Source: Promethearchaeota archaeon
Lineage (GTDB): Archaea > Asgardarchaeota > Lokiarchaeia > Sigyniarchaeales > SOKP01
Reading direction: 5' to 3'
Length of the DNA: 64,000 nucleotides
Assembly: GCA_019058445.1 (NCBI GenBank)
Contig: JAHPZA010000004.1
Span: 256,001-320,000 of the forward strand
Below the pieces are notes generated by a model. That model saw only the letters and a program-made list of their open reading frames with translations, ran no database searches and was not told the origin of the DNA. The position numbers were made by a program, and so were the translations under genes. The number at the start of each line of letters is the position of its first letter. Position 1 is the first letter of the stretch. Shown piece by piece: positions 52,321 to 62,858 of this stretch.

Positions 52321-53526
52321 ATGAGTGATATTAAAATAAATTGGGATGGGCATATTGAAAAATATCAAAACGCGATGGAAGAACTCAACCTTGATTTTTG
52401 CGTTCTTACCCGTGTGAAATCAATTACATACCTCACTGGCTGTTTCGTACCTTGGAAAAGTTATATTTTGCTTCCGAAAAAAGGGATGGGAAATCCAACT
52501 TTATTTACTGTACTCTTAGATGTAGAGCGGATTAGAGCCGAAGCTCAGTCTAGTATTGATGTACAAGGATGGGGGCCTATGAAAGGGTTTTTTTGGGAGA
52601 AAAAAACGCAATCCGCAGCGAAAAAGGCAGGAGTATATAATCCAAAAGGCAGGCCGCCGAGAATAGGAGTCGAATTAGGAATTGATATTTGCGTCACTGG
52701 GCAAATGCTTTCTTATACGGAAGCAGAATATTTGAAAAGAATATTTCCAGGGTGTGAGCTAGTAGATTTTAACGAGAAGACAGAACGAATACAATTCATT
52801 AAAGAGCCAGAAGAGATTTCTATGCTGCGTAAGGCAAGTGAAATCACAGATATTGGTCAAATTGCAGTTAAAAAAGAGCTAATTGAGCGCCCACCGGGAA
52901 AAATTTTTACAGAAAATGAAATTGCAGGGATAGGAACCCTTGCCATGAGAAAAGCAGGGAGTAACTATGAATGGACGTTTACTGGAAATGAAGAAATTGG
53001 ATCGGGATATCGTGCAAGTTGGACATTTAACGGGTGCACTCCTGCGACAAATAAAGAAGTACAGGAAGGAGAATCACTTTTAGTCGATTTACATAGTGAA
53101 GTAGGATGTTATTTAGGCGATCTTAGTCATAATTATGTGCTAGGAACATGCCCTCCTGAATTAAAGAAATTTAATGATGTCTATGAACAACTCTGCTATA
53201 CCCTTATCGATCATATGAAACCAGGTATCACGTTCGATGAATGTTACGAGGCAGTTCATAAAGTTGCGGAGAAAGAAGGGTATGGAAATGATTTATTTTT
53301 CGGAATAGGGCATGGGATTGGACTTATTGGGAATGAATCCTGGCCCGTAATAGTTCCAGGGAAAGAATGGGGGCCAATGGTGTTTGAAGAAAATATGGTG
53401 GAAATTGCCGCAATTGTCTTTAATAGACCAGGGCTTGGAGGGTTACGATTGGAATCTCCTACGTTAGTAACCAGTAAAGGTGCAGAAGTTCTTCCCAAAA
53501 CCCGGTTTGAAGTAGATTATGTCTAA
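52321..53526 (+). CDS. M24 family (Xaa-Pro peptidase/creatinase-like) protein
   Basis: Creatinase_N-like domain; IKEPEEI, YLGDLS, GHGIGL, GLRLE. Confidence 0.85.
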   Translation: MSDIKINWDGHIEKYQNAMEELNLDFCVLTRVKSITYLTGCFVPWKSYILLPKKGMGNPTLFTVLLDVERIRAEAQSSIDVQGWGPMKGFFWEKKTQSAAKKAGVYNPKGRPPRIGVELGIDICVTGQMLSYTEAEYLKRIFPGCELVDFNEKTERIQFIKEPEEISMLRKASEITDIGQIAVKKELIERPPGKIFTENEIAGIGTLAMRKAGSNYEWTFTGNEEIGSGYRASWTFNGCTPATNKEVQEGESLLVDLHSEVGCYLGDLSHNYVLGTCPPELKKFNDVYEQLCYTLIDHMKPGITFDECYEAVHKVAEKEGYGNDLFFGIGHGIGLIGNESWPVIVPGKEWGPMVFEENMVEIAAIVFNRPGLGGLRLESPTLVTSKGAEVLPKTRFEVDYV

Positions 53527-53595
53527 ATTTTTTAGACTCTTTTTTTTACTTTTACAAAAAATAAAGGTTAAGGATTGAACATTGATTAGAGTACT

Positions 53596-54747
53596 TCAAA
53601 TCGTTTTGACAAAATCTTCGATTCTATCCATGGCTTCCTTAAGTTTTCCAAATTCAGTTGCATAAGAGATCCTCAATTTATCATTTGAGTAAGATCCGAA
53701 AATATCACCTGGTACAATTGCCACTCCCTTGCTTTTTATAATTTCTCTGGAAAATTCTGTGCCCGTCATATTAAAGTTTTTAGCGGAGGGCATGATGTAA
53801 AATGAGCCTTTAGGTTTTACGACATCAAAACCCATTCCCTTTAATCGGTTGTAGACAAGCAATCTTCTCTCATCAAATTGCCTCAAAATATCAATAAAAA
53901 AACGGGTATCCATCTTTAGCGCTTCTATAAATCCGTATTGAGCTGCATGGTTGGTGCCTGCAACCGTGTAAGTGGTATAAACAGACATTAAATCAATAAT
54001 TTCCTTACTCGCAACAACGTAACCTAATCTGAATCCTGTAGCCGAAAAAAGCTTTGACATAGCATTTAATGTTATAGTACGCTCAAACATTCCGTTTAAA
54101 GAGGCGGGACTAACTTGCTTTAAGCCATCATACACATAATTCTCGTAGACCTCGTCACTTATCAAATATAAATCATTTTCTATTACAATGTCCACTAATT
54201 CTTCTAATTCTTTCCTTTCTAATGCGTAACCAGTGGGATTATTTGGAGAATTTATGAGGATTGCTTTAGTTTTATCGGTTACTGCGTTTTTTATTTTTTC
54301 GATATTTGGGCTAAAGTCGTTATTTCTCTCAATTTCAATTACTTTCACTCCAAAAAATATGCCACAATAATAATAGGACACAAAATTTGGGGAAGAAATG
54401 ATTAATTCATCACCAGGATTGAATATTGAAGCATATGCAAGAGTTATTGCTCCTGATCCGCCATTGGTAAGGATAATATTATCTTCCCAGCTCGCTTGAA
54501 TCTCATTAACCTTAGTTAATTTGCTTTCTAGCAATTGTAATAATTCGGGAACACCTCTAGTTGGGGCATATGTTGTAATATTTTTGTTTAAGGCCTCAAT
54601 ATTTCCTTGTATCGCCGGTTGAGGTGTTAGGAAATCGGGTTGTCCTATCCCAAGGCTAATAACGTCAGATCTCCCCGAAGCTAGATCAAATAGCTCTCGA
54701 ATTTTTGACTTAGGGGCTTGAGTCACTTTCTGAGATAATTCTTTCAT
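53596..54747 (-). CDS. Class I/II PLP aminotransferase (aspartate aminotransferase-like)
   Basis: GQPDF, NSPNNPTG, SDEVY, SKLFSATGFRLG, LRISYA. Confidence 0.93.
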   Translation of the reverse strand: MKELSQKVTQAPKSKIRELFDLASGRSDVISLGIGQPDFLTPQPAIQGNIEALNKNITTYAPTRGVPELLQLLESKLTKVNEIQASWEDNIILTNGGSGAITLAYASIFNPGDELIISSPNFVSYYYCGIFFGVKVIEIERNNDFSPNIEKIKNAVTDKTKAILINSPNNPTGYALERKELEELVDIVIENDLYLISDEVYENYVYDGLKQVSPASLNGMFERTITLNAMSKLFSATGFRLGYVVASKEIIDLMSVYTTYTVAGTNHAAQYGFIEALKMDTRFFIDILRQFDERRLLVYNRLKGMGFDVVKPKGSFYIMPSAKNFNMTGTEFSREIIKSKGVAIVPGDIFGSYSNDKLRISYATEFGKLKEAMDRIEDFVKTI

Positions 54748-54836
54748 AATTAAGTTAACATTAACTTACCTATATTTAAAAAACTTTTTCATTATAGTGG
54801 TAAAAAATGAGAGATCTTGAATATTATAATGAACTT

Positions 54837-55385
54837 TTACTTAATTTCGCCTAATTTTCTTAAAATTTGATTTACTAAATTACTAAATGCTTGTTCTACA
54901 TTCTCACCGTATTTTGCACTGGTTTCTATAAAATCGCTGGCATCAATCTCTTTAGCATATTTCTCGCCATCTTCAGTAGATACAACGCGATCATCTTTTA
55001 AATCAATTTTATTGCCTATAAGTATATATGTACCCTCTTTTTTAACATATTTCTTAAAATCTTTCAACCATTTTGAATCTATTGTCTCAAATGTATTATG
55101 CCGTGTAACATCATAAACTAAAAGAGCACCAACACATCCTTGAAAATACATGGATCGTATGACATTATATTTTTCTTGGCCAGCTAGGTCCCACATAATT
55201 AGTCGAACGCTTGCATTGATCTCATCTACGTGGACGTCCTTCCGTATTATATTTGCGCCAAGCGTGGGCTTATAATCTTCTGAAAAACTTTGCTCAATGT
55301 ACATATTTATCAAACTAGTCTTACCTACTGCGGCATCTCCAAGGACAACAATTTTAAAGACAAACTCTTTTACATCTTCCGACAT
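54837..55385 (-). CDS. Rab-like small GTPase
   Basis: GDAAVGKT, WDLAGQ, NKID, TSAK. Confidence 0.95.
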   Translation of the reverse strand: MSEDVKEFVFKIVVLGDAAVGKTSLINMYIEQSFSEDYKPTLGANIIRKDVHVDEINASVRLIMWDLAGQEKYNVIRSMYFQGCVGALLVYDVTRHNTFETIDSKWLKDFKKYVKKEGTYILIGNKIDLKDDRVVSTEDGEKYAKEIDASDFIETSAKYGENVEQAFSNLVNQILRKLGEIK

Positions 55386-55441
55386 TTTTCAAATTCCTAA
55401 GCTTGTGATTTATAATATTGTTTTATGCTATATTTAATTTT

Positions 55442-56020
55442 TTACTTTTTTTTTGATATTAATTTTAAGATAAAACTACTATGAGTGGGATCATGAGGAT
55501 CCCTTAATCCTGAGTAAGTGATTTCTCTATTGGATGGCAATGACTTTTCCAAACTGTGAACTAAGAATCCAACGATAAAATTGCACGGAACTCCAACTTC
55601 GGAGCAAAATATGCAATTTTTAATTTCAAGAGTTATAGATTCTAGTTCATTAGTCATATAATTTTCGTGTTTTTCTAAAATTTTAATATGCCAGGTAGTT
55701 CTTATTAAAGTATTTAATTCCTTGATAACCTCTTCAAAGTTTTTTCCGTAGGGAAATAAATAAAAGGAAAACTTTTTACCAATCTCAAATAATAAATTAT
55801 AACATCCAAATAGCAAACAATTTTGGGCAGAAATAATTTTCTTAAAGGAGAAAAAATCTATGAACTTAGAAGAATCAATATCTCTTATATCCTTCAATTC
55901 TAACAGTTCTGCTTCTCTCAATATAGATTTAAGCCCATCATAGTCTAAAACATCAAGATAAGCTTGCATTAATGCTGTAAGAACCTTATTATTTACTTCT
56001 CCTTTATAATCTCCAATCAT
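55442..56020 (-). CDS. V4R/HNOX-like domain protein
   Basis: GLKSILREA, LLFEIGK, IKNCIFC...PCNFIVGFL. Confidence 0.7.
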   Translation of the reverse strand: MIGDYKGEVNNKVLTALMQAYLDVLDYDGLKSILREAELLELKDIRDIDSSKFIDFFSFKKIISAQNCLLFGCYNLLFEIGKKFSFYLFPYGKNFEEVIKELNTLIRTTWHIKILEKHENYMTNELESITLEIKNCIFCSEVGVPCNFIVGFLVHSLEKSLPSNREITYSGLRDPHDPTHSSFILKLISKKK

Positions 56021-56067
56021 ATCCGCTCTAAATTCTTAAATTTTGATTGTTCAGTTATTATCCTCAA

Positions 56068-56628
56068 TTACTCAATTTTAAAATCTACTCCATATTGGCT
56101 TAAGATACGTTGGATAAGTCTTAAAAAAGCTTTATCCACATTTTCGCCATTTAAAGCACTTGTCTCTAAAAAATCAATTGCATTGATTTTATTTGCCAAT
56201 CTTTCACCTTCTTCATATTTTACTACTCTATTTTCTTTTAAATCTATTTTATTTCCTAATAAGAGGAAATCACATTTTTTTTTGATATTATTTAGAAGAT
56301 CCTTAAGCCATTTTGATTCAATATTTATAAACGTATCGTGTCTTGTAATATCATATACAAATAACACTCCAGAACACCCCTCATAATATGCTTGTCGACA
56401 ATTTTCATACTTTTCTTGTCCCGCGATATCCCAAAAGATCAAACGAATTAAAGATCCAATCTGTTCAATTTCAATATCTTTCGATATAATATTTACTCCA
56501 AGCGTTGGTCGATAGTCTTCTAAAAAGGTATGTTCAATATATTGATTAATTAATGAAGTTTTTCCTACTGCCATGTCCCCTAAAACTAATATCTTAAATG
56601 TCCATTGCTTTATTTGACCGTTCGCCAT
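56068..56628 (-). CDS. Rab-like small GTPase
   Basis: GDMAVGKT, WDIAGQ, NKID, TSAL. Confidence 0.95.
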   Translation of the reverse strand: MANGQIKQWTFKILVLGDMAVGKTSLINQYIEHTFLEDYRPTLGVNIISKDIEIEQIGSLIRLIFWDIAGQEKYENCRQAYYEGCSGVLFVYDITRHDTFINIESKWLKDLLNNIKKKCDFLLLGNKIDLKENRVVKYEEGERLANKINAIDFLETSALNGENVDKAFLRLIQRILSQYGVDFKIE

Positions 56629-56643
56629 AATTGTTTCTCCATT

Positions 56644-57072
56644 TTATAAATCTAATAAAGATAGATCAAACTGTGGATCATTCGCTCGAGTAATAGTTTG
56701 AGTTATTTCATAGACGTAAACTTCGGCAGTAACAGAAACTATACTTGGCTGACTTAAATGTCCTCCAATAATGCTATAATCTTCCTTACCGACTGATACA
56801 TGTAAATGAATTATTGGTTCATTATCTTTAAATGCAATATTGCCCATACAAGATATTAATTCTATATCTTCATCAAAAGTTTTAAAATTGTACTCTTTTG
56901 TTTCAATATCAAAATATCCAATTGTAAATTGTTTTAAAGCACCGATAACATTTAGGAGTCCTGATTTTATATTATGTTTCTTAATAAGTTCTTTAATGGC
57001 ATCAACAATATCTTCATTTGGTTCTATTTTTGCAACAATTACGCGCCCAACTGTTGTTTCTTTGCTTTTCAA
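56644..57072 (-). CDS. PPC/DUF296 domain protein
   Basis: IGAL, ELISCMGNI, HLH, GGHL. Confidence 0.9.
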   Translation of the reverse strand: MKSKETTVGRVIVAKIEPNEDIVDAIKELIKKHNIKSGLLNVIGALKQFTIGYFDIETKEYNFKTFDEDIELISCMGNIAFKDNEPIIHLHVSVGKEDYSIIGGHLSQPSIVSVTAEVYVYEITQTITRANDPQFDLSLLDL

Positions 57073-57275
57073 TGTTTTCCTCTTCTTATTTTTTCAAACA
57101 ATCTTATGGATTTAAAAATTAATAGAATATGTTAAATTGTTATATTCTTATACTTTTAAAATTATAGAATTTTTAAACCTTTTTATTCTTTTTTTTAGCT
57201 ATGATAATTAGTAAGGATGACTTACTTAATTGAGAAGTAATTATTCTCTTAAAAATTGAATCCTATTCAACATTT

Positions 57276-57815
57276 TTAATCATTTAATATAATTTGGTTA
57301 ATTAATTTTTGAAAAGCAAATTCAACATTTTCTCCATATTTAGCACTAGTTTCAATAAACTCAATTGCGTTCATCTTATCGGCTAATTGTTTTCCTCTAT
57401 CTTTATCAACATATCTCAAATCTTTCAAATCTTTCTTGTTTCCAATTAAAATGACTTCAGATTCTCTTTTTCCAAATTTTTGAAAGTCATGCACCCATTT
57501 ATTGTAGATATGGTCAAAAGTTGATTCTCGCGTAATATCGTAGACAAATAAGGCTCCAGAACATCCCTGAAAAAACATTTTTCGTGATAAATCATAAATT
57601 TTTTGGCCTGCTATATCCCAAATAATTAATTTGGCAGAAGTATTTGGATTATCCATCTTTATTTCTTTAGCTATGATATTTGCTCCTAATGTTGGTCGAT
57701 AATCTGTTTCAAACGTATGATCGACATATTGATTAATTAAAGATGTTTTTCCAACTGCTGGGTCTCCCAATAAAACAAGCTTTAAAATGTATTCATGTAC
57801 ATTTTCATCTGACAT
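57276..57815 (-). CDS. Rab-like small GTPase
   Basis: GDPAVGKT, WDIAGQ, NKKD, TSAK. Confidence 0.95.
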   Translation of the reverse strand: MSDENVHEYILKLVLLGDPAVGKTSLINQYVDHTFETDYRPTLGANIIAKEIKMDNPNTSAKLIIWDIAGQKIYDLSRKMFFQGCSGALFVYDITRESTFDHIYNKWVHDFQKFGKRESEVILIGNKKDLKDLRYVDKDRGKQLADKMNAIEFIETSAKYGENVEFAFQKLINQIILND

Positions 57816-58009
57816 TTTTGTAATATCTATCTTTATTAACTCTTATACTATTTTAGTTGCTCAAATTTTTATATTTAAGTTAAACAAAGAATGTCTATGT
57901 TAATATTACACACAATTAATTTTACATTTATATGGAAAAGAAAACTATATTATAACGATTTTTCATTATTTGAATATAAACTAATGAAGAACAAATCCTC
58001 ACTGATTTT

Positions 58010-58900
58010 ATGACCAAAAAAATAATGATTTCTGATGTTGAATTAATACTTTCAGAACCTGCCGATGTTGATATGCTATGGGTTGGTAATGAAGATATTA
58101 TCAATGAATTAAAAGCAGCTTGGATGATTGTAGATAAAAATGATCTTCCTTTAAATCCCAGGATTTTAGGTAAGCCTGGTGTTGGAAAAACGACTTTAGC
58201 TTATGCGACCGGTAAAATGTTAAAAAAGCCCGTATATATCTTTCAATGTACTATGGATACCCGCCCTGAAGATTTATTAATAAGTCCTGTAATTTCTTCT
58301 GATAACAAAATAGCTTATGTTGCTAGCTCTTTAGTATCGGCGATGATAGAAGGAGGGGTTTGTTTATTAGATGAGGGAAATCGAATGTCTGAGAAGAGTT
58401 GGGCATCTTTAGCACCATTAATGGATAAAAGACGATATGTTGATTCAATAATAGCCGGTATAAGAATCTATGCTCATAAAGATTTTCGCTTATGTGTAAC
58501 AATGAACAGCGATAGCAGTACTTATGAAATACCGGAGTATATTTCTTCTCGTTTACAACCTAAGATTTATGTCGAATTTCCCAATAGAGCTGATGAAATG
58601 AATATTTTGTCATATAACGTTCCTTTTTCATCAGAAGAGATATTGGAATATTGTGCGGATTTTTTGCAAAATGCTCACGTTCATGATGAATATACTGTAA
58701 GAGATGGCATCAATATCATTAGATATTACATGAAATCAAGAGCCTTGAATGGAAAAGATATCCATAGATTAAATAAAAAAGAATTTAAAAACGCGATTAA
58801 ACATGTTTTAGAAAACTATGCTGTTAAGTACTGTCCTGATGAATATGAAAAATTTATGGACGAAAAAGAAGGCAGAAACCAAGGAGAGAGCTTATTTTAA
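58010..58900 (+). CDS. MoxR/AAA_5-type AAA+ ATPase
   Basis: GKPGVGKT, LLDEGNR, FRLCVTMN, SRL. Confidence 0.88.
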   Translation: MTKKIMISDVELILSEPADVDMLWVGNEDIINELKAAWMIVDKNDLPLNPRILGKPGVGKTTLAYATGKMLKKPVYIFQCTMDTRPEDLLISPVISSDNKIAYVASSLVSAMIEGGVCLLDEGNRMSEKSWASLAPLMDKRRYVDSIIAGIRIYAHKDFRLCVTMNSDSSTYEIPEYISSRLQPKIYVEFPNRADEMNILSYNVPFSSEEILEYCADFLQNAHVHDEYTVRDGINIIRYYMKSRALNGKDIHRLNKKEFKNAIKHVLENYAVKYCPDEYEKFMDEKEGRNQGESLF

Positions 58901-59004
58901 TCTTTTTTAATACATTTTCATAAATATTAGATCACTCATTTTCGTTTACTTTAATGGATTAGAGGTGAGGTGTATTTATAAAGAAGGAACGTCATTATCT
59001 ACTC

Positions 59005-60894
59005 ATGGCAAATTTATCCACTAAATCTGTAGCCAAGGTAAAGAGAGTTAGCAAAAAAGAGATACAAAAATTAAAAAAAGAAGGATATATCATTTTTTCT
59101 TCTCATAATCACACTAATTTTTCTGACGGCGTTGATTATCGTGAGGTTATTGATACTCTTGTTAAAATTGGAGTAAATCTAATTGCACTCACTGATCATA
59201 ACAATATGCGAGTAGCGGAATATGCAAAAACCTATATCGAAGATAAATACCCCGACTGTGGTTATTTATGCGCTGAAGAAGTTGATAGTCATTATGGTTG
59301 TGTTCTCGGTTATGGTTTACAAACAGAGATTCTTTTTGAAGGTGAGGAAAAACCCCCTATTAAATCAATTATTGAAGATATCCATGAACAAGGTGGTTTA
59401 GCTGTTGTTGCTCATCCATTCCATCCTTTAGAAGGGATCTTTAGACCTTTTGGGGGATTAAGAATATCAGAAATCACTAAATTGAACTTTGATGGAATCG
59501 AATTTTTTCATGCAGATCTTCCCCCATTCCTCAATAATATGTGTTCTACTCTTGTGAAATTGCGACCACAAATGTTTCTTTTAGGAGGGGATGATGCCCA
59601 TACAATTCATCATATAGGAAGATATTTGAATTTAGTTGGACCAGATATTGATGATGTAAATAATCTTGATGACATTTTAAAGGCTCTAAATAAGCGAAAA
59701 ACAACTGTTCTCGAATTAAGAGGATGGGTTACTCGACCTTTTCAGACGTTGCCAGGGTTTAAAGATATTTTTATTAACAAGGGATTAAAACGAATTAATG
59801 CTTTTGCGGGAATTTATGGTCTTTTTAAAGGTATACATTTTCAGCATGAATCAATGGGGTGGATTCCAAGAACAGTTCAGGAATTCAAAGCGGAACTTCT
59901 GCAAGTTATCCAGACTATGAACATTAACACTATCCGGCTTGATGCTATGCGAACCGAGAGTAGAGCATATGAATTTGCATCATTGGGAAAGGAACTGGGA
60001 TTAAATGTAATACTTTCTCCTAAATATGTTTATCCTAGGGGGCTATCCAAACCTCAGTTAGATGAATCTTTGACTTATGATGAATTTGAAGATTTTTGCT
60101 TGGAACATGCTCAAAGAGCACAAAAAGCGGGGGTGGATATTTTTTGTGTGGGAAATGAACTCACTCTAGAGCTAAGTGATGATAAATCAGGTCATTTAGA
60201 AAGGCTGCATGATGACTTTTTCTCACAATTTGCCCCTTCTAGTTTAGAGATGATCCCGGGTCTGGGTGCTACTTCCATTGCCAAGCTGGGGAAGCTTAGA
60301 AAAAAGAAGTTTAGACTCACTACATATTTGGAAAATTTATCTAAAAAAGTGAGGAATTATTATAATGGGATGGTTTCCTATGCTGCTGGCTCATGGGAAA
60401 TAAGAGACGTCCCTTGGAAGCATTTTGATCTTATATGTTGCAATCTATTTTACAGCGATTTATTTTTAAAGTACGTTGAGGTTTTACCAGGTCTGAAGAT
60501 TATAATTCCAAAAGGTAGCCCGTCCGTACGAGCCTCTCACTTATTTCGTCAAAACATACAATATCTCAAAACCTTTAAAAAACCAGTCATTATTTCGGAA
60601 TTGGGTTTTCAGACAGTCACTGATGCGATACAAGTTGGTCCAATACCCATTCACCATCATAAGAATTTCGAACAATTCAAATACGATGAAAATGCACAAT
60701 CAAAAGCTTTTTCAGAAGTCTTTAATTTGTTGGAAAAGGATATCTTTGTTAATGGAGTGATCATTCATAAATGGAGAGATCTAAAAGAAGAGGGTTTCGG
60801 TTTAATACACGCTAATGGTATCTATAAACCAGCATGCAAAAATATATCAGATTTTTTTAAAACGTGGACTATCTCATATTCCAATAATAAATAA
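59005..60894 (+). CDS. PHP metallophosphoesterase fused to a TIM-barrel glycoside hydrolase-like domain
   Basis: HNHT.FSDG, TDHN, AHP, DDAH; then VGNE and ISELG clan-A-like glutamates. Confidence 0.75.
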   Translation: MANLSTKSVAKVKRVSKKEIQKLKKEGYIIFSSHNHTNFSDGVDYREVIDTLVKIGVNLIALTDHNNMRVAEYAKTYIEDKYPDCGYLCAEEVDSHYGCVLGYGLQTEILFEGEEKPPIKSIIEDIHEQGGLAVVAHPFHPLEGIFRPFGGLRISEITKLNFDGIEFFHADLPPFLNNMCSTLVKLRPQMFLLGGDDAHTIHHIGRYLNLVGPDIDDVNNLDDILKALNKRKTTVLELRGWVTRPFQTLPGFKDIFINKGLKRINAFAGIYGLFKGIHFQHESMGWIPRTVQEFKAELLQVIQTMNINTIRLDAMRTESRAYEFASLGKELGLNVILSPKYVYPRGLSKPQLDESLTYDEFEDFCLEHAQRAQKAGVDIFCVGNELTLELSDDKSGHLERLHDDFFSQFAPSSLEMIPGLGATSIAKLGKLRKKKFRLTTYLENLSKKVRNYYNGMVSYAAGSWEIRDVPWKHFDLICCNLFYSDLFLKYVEVLPGLKIIIPKGSPSVRASHLFRQNIQYLKTFKKPVIISELGFQTVTDAIQVGPIPIHHHKNFEQFKYDENAQSKAFSEVFNLLEKDIFVNGVIIHKWRDLKEEGFGLIHANGIYKPACKNISDFFKTWTISYSNNK

Positions 60895-60919
60895 AAAATT
60901 AAAAATTAAAAAAAAACGT

Positions 60920-62338
60920 TTATTTGTCCAAAAGTCCAAATTTTTTGAGTCCTTGCCTCATATCGGGTTGAAACGGTCCTGGAGTCCCCTCTATAAACGC
61001 TTCAATAATATCTTGATTATTGACTTCGTGTGACTCTCTTTTTTTCGCTTTTTCTTCCGCGAGTGATGTTATTGCCATTCTTGCCATTGATTGAAATTGA
61101 GGGGGAGATAATTTGATTAATTCATTGAAGATTTTTTCAGTTTCAGGATCCCATATCAGCTCTGATTTTCTCTCTTTCTTGGTTTTCGTTGAATCTACTC
61201 CAAATTCACGGCTTGTCACAATATCATTTAGATAATCCTTTAAAGATTCAACATATCGGGTAGATTCTTCTTCATCAAGGAATACTGCCTTTTTTGCCCA
61301 ATCCTCGCAATAGGTACATTCACCGCACATAGCCACACAATTTTGTTTTTTAAAGAAATCTATAAATCCGTCAAGTTTCGTATTGTCTATAATTAGTTTA
61401 GATTTAGATTCTTTTCCTAGGGTTTCACTTATTTTTGCATTAGGATCCTTTTGTTCCAGACCTCCGAATGACATCGAAAATCCTTGAATAATATCCACAA
61501 GATTTCCATGATATTCACGGGAAGCAAATGCTTTTACTGCTCTGACAATCCATTCAGTTGACATGCGTCGCCCTGCGATTTTAAAATCATCAATTCCAAT
61601 CGCTTCATAGTGGGAAAGGTCTTCAGGTCGAATCCATCGTGCTTTTATAACTTCCGTTGGATCAGAAAATTTAATAATACTACAATTTAAAATGCATGTA
61701 TCGATATAATTACGCTCGAATTGTTGATGGGTCTGAGAGGCATGTCCAAGTATATTATAATGATAATATCTAAATGGACATTGATAAAGACACCCATCAG
61801 TTAAAAGTAACACGATTTTGCAATTAGTTGCTTCCTTGATTTTTTCTAAAGTCTGGAAATCTCGGTTTATCATTACATCAGGAGTTATCTCATCCGCGCC
61901 TAGCATTTCATATAATTTTGCCCGATTCACACTATTAATATGGGCAATAGTAGATACACGAATTTTTAGTTTAGGAAATTGTTCCTTAATAAGCTGTATT
62001 AGAAAAGGAATAGTAACAATTACATTATCAGTTCCTATATCACTAATCCATTGAATGTATTTAAGCAGTTCTTTATGATATTGCGAATTATATTCCATAT
62101 TATTCATGCAAGGGGCATTCAATAAATAAGAAAATTCCATTTTATTCTCATGAACCTTTTTGATGTACTCAGCAATTTGCTCTTCTTGTATTGTTTTTAA
62201 TAAGAATGAGGGACGACCTCCTCCGACAAGTGTGTGATCAGCAACCCCATACAAACTAGCAACCGGATATTTTGCCAGTTCTTCTATAAGGTTAAAATCC
62301 CAATTCGTTGCTACATGAAATTGAATTTTTTTCACCAT
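60920..62338 (-). CDS. Peptidase U32-family Fe-S protein with C-terminal PCP_red/DUF2621-like domain
   Basis: GGGR, YLLNAPC, VSTIAHI, INRDF, GCLYQC...CILNC, WIRPEDL, FKIAGR; extra CVAMCGECTYC. Confidence 0.88.
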   Translation of the reverse strand: MVKKIQFHVATNWDFNLIEELAKYPVASLYGVADHTLVGGGRPSFLLKTIQEEQIAEYIKKVHENKMEFSYLLNAPCMNNMEYNSQYHKELLKYIQWISDIGTDNVIVTIPFLIQLIKEQFPKLKIRVSTIAHINSVNRAKLYEMLGADEITPDVMINRDFQTLEKIKEATNCKIVLLLTDGCLYQCPFRYYHYNILGHASQTHQQFERNYIDTCILNCSIIKFSDPTEVIKARWIRPEDLSHYEAIGIDDFKIAGRRMSTEWIVRAVKAFASREYHGNLVDIIQGFSMSFGGLEQKDPNAKISETLGKESKSKLIIDNTKLDGFIDFFKKQNCVAMCGECTYCEDWAKKAVFLDEEESTRYVESLKDYLNDIVTSREFGVDSTKTKKERKSELIWDPETEKIFNELIKLSPPQFQSMARMAITSLAEEKAKKRESHEVNNQDIIEAFIEGTPGPFQPDMRQGLKKFGLLDK

Positions 62339-62371
62339 TTTATATGTTTAAAATATTTCTCAATTTTATTA

Positions 62372-62758
62372 CTACTTAACTGCTTTAGCATGGGCTTTTG
62401 CATTAAGTGGTAATAACGGAGCGCATGCCATGAGTTTAGTGACGTCCCCTTCTACAACATATGTTCCGGACATTGTTGCTTGAATTGGATCAGACTCACC
62501 TGAATTTACTTTTTTAATTGTCTCAAAATCCGTTTTGTGGATTACCTTTGGAGCATCTGGTCCTTTATATTCACCCATTCCCCAATTCATCTTGTCATTT
62601 TCAATATATTGCCAATAATTCATCTCTGGCTTGTCAGTTATGATATATTGAAAAATTAACGGAGCTATCGGCTCTAATAACTGCGTTAAATCAGGTAACT
62701 CATTATAAGCTTTCATGAAGCGTGTTAAATACGCTTTCCATTCTTCATTTTCATCCAT
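62372..62758 (-). CDS. SCP2 sterol/lipid-binding domain protein
   Basis: TDFETIKKVNSGESDPIQATMSGTYVVEGD SCP2 signature. Confidence 0.85.
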   Translation of the reverse strand: MDENEEWKAYLTRFMKAYNELPDLTQLLEPIAPLIFQYIITDKPEMNYWQYIENDKMNWGMGEYKGPDAPKVIHKTDFETIKKVNSGESDPIQATMSGTYVVEGDVTKLMACAPLLPLNAKAHAKAVK

Positions 62759-62858
62759 TTTTATTCAATCTTTTTAGTTTTTTAATTTTTTCGAATTTTT
62801 TTTAAAATTTAATCAAATTTGATATTTCTTTAACCTTCAGGGATAAAATTCCTTACTA

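Noticed and set aside
58010-58900. MoxR-vWA chaperone system
   Set aside because: No vWA-domain gene nearby in this window
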